Part shown: piece by piece, positions 55,892 to 61,516 of the stretch | Layout of the letters: each line of letters begins with the position of its first letter | Position numbering within the stretch: the first letter of the stretch is position 1 | Source of the DNA: Myxococcaceae bacterium | GTDB lineage: Bacteria; Myxococcota; Myxococcia; Myxococcales; Myxococcaceae | NCBI GenBank assembly: GCA_016926755.1 | Contig: JAFGNZ010000231.1 | Location: 1,008-65,007 of the forward strand | DNA: 64,000 nt | Reading direction: 5' to 3' | Position numbers and translations under genes: made by a program | The notes under the pieces: model-generated | Databases searched by the model: none | The model's input: only the letters and a program-made list of their open reading frames with translations | Told to the model about the DNA's origin: nothing

Positions 55892-56860
55892 TCACTTCTC
55901 CTTCGTGAGCTCGTCCACCTGCTGCTGGAGATCGATCGCCTCCCCGAAGAAGTCATCCGCGGAGCTGGCAGGCAGCAGCCGGAAGGACGCTGGCAGCAGC
56001 GTGCGCGGGAACTCCATGGACATGCTGAAGTCCTCGTTGCCCAGCAGATCCTCCGCCTGCATGAGCGCGCCAAAGCCCAGGACGATCGCCCCCACCGTCG
56101 CCCCCAGCCGCCGCGAGTCCCAGCGCGTCACGTAGCGCAGGTGCCAGAACAGGCCCCACGCGACCAGCCCCAGGTAGCCGAACATCGCCAGCCACGAGAG
56201 GGCCGTCCCGGAAGCCAGGCTGAAGCCCAGGAGCGTCAAGAAGCCGGGCAGGCAGATGGTGCCCAGCAGCACCAGGCTGCCGATCGCTCCATGCGCGCGG
56301 AAGTGGAACTGCCGGCGCGCGATCCGGCTCGCGATGGACCAGCCGCCCGCCCAGGCCAGCGCGAAGGCGGTGGGCAGCAGCATGGAGAACAGCAGCTCGC
56401 CCCAGTCCACCTGGTCGTAGCTCGTCAGGTAGCTGGAGAGCAGCGAGGCCGCCATCGCCGCCCCGAGCGCCCCCAGGAAGATCCGCGGCCGCTCGAAGAC
56501 GCGCTGCCGGATCCCCACCGGCGCCTCGGCCACCAGCGTGCCCTCCACCGCGTAGCCGCGCCCCCGGAAGCGCAGCACCGTGTCGCCCACCATCACGCGC
56601 GCGTCGTCGGTGAGCACCAGCTCCGCCAGCCGCGCCCACGGCTCCACCCGGAAGGTGCCGTTGCGGCTGCCCAGATCCCGCACCACCAGCCCGCCGTCCT
56701 CGGCGCGCTCGACGCGCAGGTGCGCCGCGGACACCTTGGGATCATCCAGGATCACGTCGCTGCCGTAGCCGCGCCCCACGGTGACGGGGAAGCGCTCCAG
56801 CCGGTGGCGCACGTGGACGGCGTCCCCCTCCAGCACCTCCAGGTAGATCACTTCGTCCAC
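55892..56860 (-). CDS. FHA-domain protein with C-terminal multi-pass membrane domain
   Basis: N-terminal FHA domain (FPVTVGRGYGSDVILDDPKVSAAHLRVERAEDGGLVVRDLGSRNGTFRV), then about 5-6 hydrophobic helices. The GTG start at 56860 overlaps the upstream protease gene by 13 nt. Confidence 0.8.
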   Translation of the reverse strand: MDEVIYLEVLEGDAVHVRHRLERFPVTVGRGYGSDVILDDPKVSAAHLRVERAEDGGLVVRDLGSRNGTFRVEPWARLAELVLTDDARVMVGDTVLRFRGRGYAVEGTLVAEAPVGIRQRVFERPRIFLGALGAAMAASLLSSYLTSYDQVDWGELLFSMLLPTAFALAWAGGWSIASRIARRQFHFRAHGAIGSLVLLGTICLPGFLTLLGFSLASGTALSWLAMFGYLGLVAWGLFWHLRYVTRWDSRRLGATVGAIVLGFGALMQAEDLLGNEDFSMSMEFPRTLLPASFRLLPASSADDFFGEAIDLQQQVDELTKEK

Positions 56861-58203
56861 GACAGCCCCTCCAGGTAGCGGCGCGCGAGCTTGTAGGCGT
56901 TCTCTGGAGAGAAGCCGGCCAACGTGAGGCTGGTGTCCACGCCCTGGCTGCTCGAGGGGAGCGGGGCGGCCCGGAGCACCAGATCATAGAGCCCCGGGAA
57001 CTTCTTGTAGGCGCGCAGGCACAGCGCCGCGCGCAGGGTGAGCCCCCCCGAGCTCACGAACTCCGAGTGGCAACGGAAGTTCGTCACATCATCCCGCGTG
57101 GCCTCCACCACCGAGGGATCCGAGGAGAAGAAGGCGCTGTAGAGCGCCGAGAAGCGCAGGGCCCCCAGCTTCGTGGAGGAGAGGTGCTGGTGGGAGTAGG
57201 ACACCATGCCCGTGCGCTGGTCCGAGGAGACGTACAGATCCTCCTCGGAGGAGCACTGGTAGTTCGTCACCGTGTACTGCGCCTCCGGATCGTGCGGCGT
57301 GTCTCCCCAGCACTTGAGGAACGGCAGCCACCGCCCGGGGACGTGGTAGGGCCCCAGGGACTGCTGCGGCAGCGATGTGCCCAGCAGGCGCTCGGTGATG
57401 CGCTGCTGGTGATCCAGCAACTGCGCGTGCACGGCGGCCAGCAGCGCCTTGGGCGAGGAGTCCTCCGCCTGGGCCCCCAGCGCGCGGTTGAGCAGCGCCC
57501 GGGCGTGATCCACCGGCACGAGGAACCCCACCTGGTTGCCCATGGTGGCCACGTTGACGCCCACCACGCGCCCCTCGCCGGTGAGCGTGGGGCCACCGCT
57601 CATGCCCGGGTTGATGGCGCCGCTGAAGTGGACCCGATCATAGAGGGCGTCCTGGACGAGCCCGTTGTACGTGCCCTCGACGATGGTGGTGCCCAGATCG
57701 CGCGGGTTGCCCATGGCGAACAGGCGCGCGCCCTGCGGCGGCGGCTTCTCCTGCAGTTGGAAGAAGTCCGGCACCGGCTGGCCCAGATGGACGATGGCCA
57801 GATCGTGCACCACGTCCACCGCGACCAGGCTCACCGCCCCGGGCTCCTGCCCATCCCGGACCAGCTCCGCGGTGTAGTCCTCCGGGTGGAACACCAGATC
57901 CGAGACGACGTGGTAGTTGGTGATCGCGTGCCCATCCGCGCTCACGAAGAAGGCCGAGCCGATGGACGACTTGGTGCCGGAGCGACGCTCGATGATGCGG
58001 ACCTGGGCCACCCGGCGCTTGATGCGCTCGAACAGCTCGTGCGTGGCGGGCGGCAGCGTGGCCACGGGGAGCTGCGGGACGATCTCCGGCTCACCCGCTT
58101 CCGGCGGGGAGGGTTCGACCTGGACGGGAGCCAGAGGGGGTGCCGGGGACTGGGCGGGCACCGGCGCCTGCGCGAGGACGGCGAGGACGAGAAGAGCAAC
58201 CAT
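56848..58203 (-). CDS. secreted trypsin-like (S1/DegP-type) serine protease with unknown C-terminal domain
   Basis: Signal peptide MVALLVLAVLAQA. Catalytic blocks GHAITNYHVV (His), VHDLAIV (Asp) and NPGMSGGP (Ser). About 200 further aa belong to no recognised family. Confidence 0.8.
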   Translation of the reverse strand: MVALLVLAVLAQAPVPAQSPAPPLAPVQVEPSPPEAGEPEIVPQLPVATLPPATHELFERIKRRVAQVRIIERRSGTKSSIGSAFFVSADGHAITNYHVVSDLVFHPEDYTAELVRDGQEPGAVSLVAVDVVHDLAIVHLGQPVPDFFQLQEKPPPQGARLFAMGNPRDLGTTIVEGTYNGLVQDALYDRVHFSGAINPGMSGGPTLTGEGRVVGVNVATMGNQVGFLVPVDHARALLNRALGAQAEDSSPKALLAAVHAQLLDHQQRITERLLGTSLPQQSLGPYHVPGRWLPFLKCWGDTPHDPEAQYTVTNYQCSSEEDLYVSSDQRTGMVSYSHQHLSSTKLGALRFSALYSAFFSSDPSVVEATRDDVTNFRCHSEFVSSGGLTLRAALCLRAYKKFPGLYDLVLRAAPLPSSSQGVDTSLTLAGFSPENAYKLARRYLEGLSWTK

Positions 58204-58409
58204 GCTGGCCGCAGCGTAGCGGAGGCGCGGCCCTCCTGGGGGGCGGGTGTGCCGAGGCCGCCCGGAGCACGACCTGTCAGGTAGCGCCCTGGAGCGCGAG
58301 CGGCCAACGCTTCACGTCCTACCCGCCCAGCAGGCGCCGAGCGTCGCGCCGCGGGTATACTGGGATCTTTCTCCAGGGCGGCTCTCGCGTTCCGCCGGAG
58401 GATTGAGCG

Positions 58410-59189
58410 ATGTCTCTCCCCCATTACGAGACGGTGGATGGCTCGACGCCGGAGATCACCCCGCTGCCCGCGGAGCATGGGCGGCGGCTGCCGCTCTCCG
58501 CCTTCACGCTGCTGGACGGGGGAGACGTGTTCGAGTCACGCGGCGGCAAGCCGCCCCCGGATGGCGCCGCCCGCGCGCGCGCGTACCTGAAGGCCCAGGT
58601 GACGATCGCGGCCCACGGCGCGCCCCCCGAGCAGCTCCAGCGCGTGGAGGGGGACATCGTCCGGCAGCTCTCCGGCAACCTCCAGCTGATCGGACGGCTG
58701 GAGGCGTCGCGGCCGGTGACGATCGATCTCATCCCCCCTGGCCAGCCCATGGCGAAGTACGGCTATCCCCGCTCCGTCTCGCCGAACGCGGCGGGGCTCT
58801 TCTGGGATCACCCGGAGTGGGAGCGAGCGCGCATCGCGCTGCGCCAGGACAAGCTCGGCGTGGAGCCGCACCTGGTCTTCCACGAGGTGGCGCACGCCAT
58901 CCAGGGCCTGGCCTTCACCCAGGAGGAGAACGATCTCGTCTACCGGACCATGCTGCGCACCTACCGCCACCGCGCCATGGTGGACGAGGTGTTCGCCATC
59001 TACAGCGAGCGGGAGTTCGTCCCCGCCGTCACCCAGCATGATCTGCGCGCGCCCGGCGTATACGGCATGGCGCGCCAGCGCTGGGACGAGGGGCACCTCT
59101 TCACCCGCTTCGTGCGCAACCTCTACTTCCCCTACAAGCCGCTGGCGGGCCCGGGCTCGGGCAGCATGAGCCCGGGCTTCGGCTTCTGA
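58410..59189 (+). CDS. hypothetical protein with HExxHxxQ zincin-like motif
   Basis: 259 aa with no signal peptide. The single motif is LVFHEVAHAIQGL. The rest is unrecognised. Confidence 0.45.
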   Translation: MSLPHYETVDGSTPEITPLPAEHGRRLPLSAFTLLDGGDVFESRGGKPPPDGAARARAYLKAQVTIAAHGAPPEQLQRVEGDIVRQLSGNLQLIGRLEASRPVTIDLIPPGQPMAKYGYPRSVSPNAAGLFWDHPEWERARIALRQDKLGVEPHLVFHEVAHAIQGLAFTQEENDLVYRTMLRTYRHRAMVDEVFAIYSEREFVPAVTQHDLRAPGVYGMARQRWDEGHLFTRFVRNLYFPYKPLAGPGSGSMSPGFGF

Positions 59190-59239
59190 GCCGCCTGCTC
59201 CCCAGGCCGGGAGCGCGGCGCCTGCTGCGCTGGGCCCCC

Positions 59240-59268
59240 TTGACAAGGCGTCCGCTATAACGGATATA
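59240..59268 (+). promoter_or_regulatory. sigma70-like promoter candidate (TTGACA-N17-GATATA) overlapped by operator-like inverted repeats
   Basis: TTGACA at 59240-59245 and GATATA at 59263-59268. Inverted repeats TCCG-CTATAA-CGGA (59251-59264) and ATCCGT-TTTC-ACGGAT (59275-59290) are present. The ACGGAT half-site occurs three times, in an AT-rich patch upstream of the micro-ORF/regulator pair. Confidence 0.35.
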
Positions 59269-59318
59269 TGGATCATCCGTTTTCACGGATGACTGTCCGA
59301 TAACGAAGAGGTCTCCAC

Positions 59319-59450
59319 ATGAGCGCCGCTGTCATCGACCTGCAGGACTTCCGCAAGAAGCGAGAGGCCGAGCAGTGTCAGATGATGCGGCCCGCCCCGG
59401 TCAGGCCTTGGCTGCCTGTCTGGGTATGGGTCATGGTCTGGCCCGCATGA
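59319..59450 (+). CDS. candidate 43-aa micro-ORF with Trp-rich hydrophobic tail, translationally coupled to the regulator
   Basis: Not in the track. AAGAGG lies 7 nt before the ATG at 59319. Hand translation gives MSAAVIDLQDFRKKREAEQCQMMRPAPVRPWLPVWVWVMVWPA. Its TGA overlaps the ATG at 59447 (ATGA). Codons mostly end in G/C. Confidence 0.3.
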   Translation: MSAAVIDLQDFRKKREAEQCQMMRPAPVRPWLPVWVWVMVWPA

Positions 59451-60238
59451 AGTCTGTCCGGGAGAACACGGGGCGCAAGAGCCGTGGGGGTTCGCCTCGC
59501 CGCAAGGAGGCAGAGCCCCCCACTGAGGCCCTTGCGCCCGAGCCTCCCGAAGAGCCCGCCGAGAAGCTGCCCGAGATCCGATCCCCCGTTGCCTCTCCTT
59601 CCAAGGGAGCTCCCAAGGGAGCCCCCAAGGGAGAAGAGGCATGGATCTACGAGGTGGCCCACCCGGATGCGGACCAGGATCTGGCGCCCGTGGTGGGCCG
59701 CAACCTGCGGCGGCTGCGCGTGCAGCGCGGGCTGTCGCTCGAGCGGCTGTCGAAGGCCTCGGGCGTGAGCCGGGCCATGCTCGGGCAGATCGAGCTGGGC
59801 CAGAGCGCGCCCACCATCAACGTGCTGTGGAAGATCGCCCGCGCGCTGGATCTGCCGTTCTCGGCGCTGATCAGCACCACGGGCGGCGCCGGGACGCGGG
59901 TGATGAAGGCGTCGCAGGCCAAGCGGCTCACCTCGCATGACGGGCGCTTCGCGTCCCGGGCGCTCTTCCCGTTCGACGAGCCTCGGCGGGTGGAGTTCTA
60001 CGAGTTGCAGCTGAAGGGCCACAGCGAGGAGCGGGCCGATCCCCACCCGCCCGGCACGCTGGAGAACCTCATCGTCACGCGCGGGACGGTGGAGATGGAG
60101 GTGGGCCCCGAGCGGCACCTGCTGGCCACCGGGGACGCCATCCTCTTCGAGGCGGACAAGCCCCACGTCTACCGGAACGTGGGGCCCGAGGACGTCACCA
60201 TGTACCTGGTGATGACGTACGCCGAAGAGGTGGGCTGA
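59447..60238 (+). CDS. XRE-family HTH + cupin-domain transcriptional regulator
   Basis: HTH block GRNLRRLRVQRGLSLERLSKASGVSRAMLGQIELGQSAPTINVLWKIARALDLPFSALI. C-terminal cupin (LENLIVTRGTVEMEVG...GDAILFEADKPHVYRN). The start is ambiguous (59375 in the track); 59447 is preferred because of the ATGA coupling. Confidence 0.8.
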   Translation: MKSVRENTGRKSRGGSPRRKEAEPPTEALAPEPPEEPAEKLPEIRSPVASPSKGAPKGAPKGEEAWIYEVAHPDADQDLAPVVGRNLRRLRVQRGLSLERLSKASGVSRAMLGQIELGQSAPTINVLWKIARALDLPFSALISTTGGAGTRVMKASQAKRLTSHDGRFASRALFPFDEPRRVEFYELQLKGHSEERADPHPPGTLENLIVTRGTVEMEVGPERHLLATGDAILFEADKPHVYRNVGPEDVTMYLVMTYAEEVG

Positions 60239-60239
60239 G

Positions 60240-60710
60240 CTACTTGGCCATGCCCATCATCGTGGGCATGCCGTTGCACATCATCATCATGGGCGCGCCC
60301 ATGGCCATCATGGAGTTCATGGCGTCGCAGCACTCCTTCATCATCGCCATGTCCTGCCCGTCCATGGGCATCATCTTGCAGATCATGCCGTCCTTGCCCA
60401 TCTCGCAGTTCATGCGGGTCATCATCGGCATCATCTGACGCATCATCATGGGCATCATCATGGGCATGCCCATGCCCATGGGCATCATCATGGGGTTCAT
60501 GCCCATGCCGCCCATCATCATGGGGTTCATGCCCATCATGCCCATGGGCATCATGCCGCCCATCCCCCCCATCATCGGGTTCATGCCCATCATGCCGCCC
60601 ATCATGGGGTTCATGCCCATCATCGGCATGCCCATGTTCATCATGGGGTTCATGCCCATGGGCATGTTCTGGTTGGGCATGTTCATCGGCATGGCGTTCG
60701 CGGTCATCAT
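60240..60710 (-). CDS. extremely methionine-rich low-complexity protein with Cys-containing C-terminal region
   Basis: The track ORF 60240..60740 uses a GTG. I prefer the ATG at 60710, 7 nt after GGAGGAG. By hand count, 71 of 156 residues are Met. Repeats are of the type MGMNPMM(G/M)G, and the non-repetitive tail is NCEMGKDGMICKMMPMDGQDMAMMKECCDAMNS...MMMMCNGMPTMMGMAK. Caveat: the ATG/CAT-rich DNA keeps several frames open on both strands. Confidence 0.55.
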   Translation of the reverse strand: MMTANAMPMNMPNQNMPMGMNPMMNMGMPMMGMNPMMGGMMGMNPMMGGMGGMMPMGMMGMNPMMMGGMGMNPMMMPMGMGMPMMMPMMMRQMMPMMTRMNCEMGKDGMICKMMPMDGQDMAMMKECCDAMNSMMAMGAPMMMMCNGMPTMMGMAK

Positions 60711-60955
60711 CGGGTCGTCTCCTCCCGGTCCCCCGGGCACGTGAAGAAAACGCCCCCTGGATAGAGCAGGTGGACCCGGACAGCGAGTGAACGGCCATGC
60801 ACGCGTGCGCTTTCCTCCGAGGCAACGGAGGCCCCGCCCGGAACGGCGGAGGCGCTGTCGGTTCGGGCGGAGGACCGTCCGCTGGCGCGGACAGGAGCGT
60901 GGGCCAGTGGATCCTCGGCCCCTGCCGCGTACCGCTCACCCGGGTGCCCCCCCGC

Positions 60956-61516
60956 TTACTTGGGAGCCCAGACTTGCTTGAACTCAAGCCCCCTCATGCC
61001 GGCGGCCCTCCACAGCTCGACGACACGCTCACTCACAAAGGTGGGACTCACCCGAAGGTTTGGGATCTTGAAGAAGAGAAGCCCTCGGATGGCATCAGCG
61101 CGAAACCCATAGCGACTGATGCGCATGATACGCCCATCGCTGAAACGAAGCACGGAGGATGCGGCTTCATCGAGCGCATCGACGACTCGGGTGGGATTGA
61201 ATATCCGCAACTCTGCGCCATCGCATGCCACTGGCAGCAACTCACCGTACTCGCGCAGCATCGGCCCAAGGACCTCAACAGCCCGAGGCCTGAAGATGAG
61301 GGCGTGTGAACCAAGCCATGGTGAGTCAGACTCCAGGAGCTTTCGCCCCTCGTCCTCTTGAATCAGTCGCATGACGACTGGACTCCAGCCTCCCGCCCGG
61401 GGCACCCCGTTGATCTGAACGTGGATGTTCTCGAAGTCCTCCTGCTTGACAGGGTGACAGAACTCGTAGCCTTCGAGAGGCGACGGCGTGTAGACAGCCA
61501 TCACCCTATCGCTCAT
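60956..61516 (-). CDS. Imm11 (DUF1629)-type immunity protein for the RHS AHH toxin
   Basis: 186 aa. Its start overlaps the RHS stop by 4 nt. The C-terminus GLLFFKIPNLRVSPTFVSERVVELWRAAGMRGLEFKQVW fits the Imm11 pattern. Visibly lower GC. Confidence 0.65.
   Translation of the reverse strand: MSDRVMAVYTPSPLEGYEFCHPVKQEDFENIHVQINGVPRAGGWSPVVMRLIQEDEGRKLLESDSPWLGSHALIFRPRAVEVLGPMLREYGELLPVACDGAELRIFNPTRVVDALDEAASSVLRFSDGRIMRISRYGFRADAIRGLLFFKIPNLRVSPTFVSERVVELWRAAGMRGLEFKQVWAPK

Noticed and set aside
60169-60987. A His/Asp-rich 272-aa minus-strand frame (HEPHDEHGHADDGHEPHD...) and plus-strand Met/Ile/Pro-rich frames (60244..60438, 60448..60744) over the Met-rich locus.
   Set aside because: These are alternative readings of the same ATG/CAT/GGC/CCC-rich DNA. 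The His/Asp frame uses mostly A/T-ending codons (CAT, GAT-type), overlaps the 3' end of the XRE-cupin gene, and has no RBS. The plus-strand reading is broken into two ORFs. The Met-rich minus frame is kept as the best candidate, but with reduced confidence.
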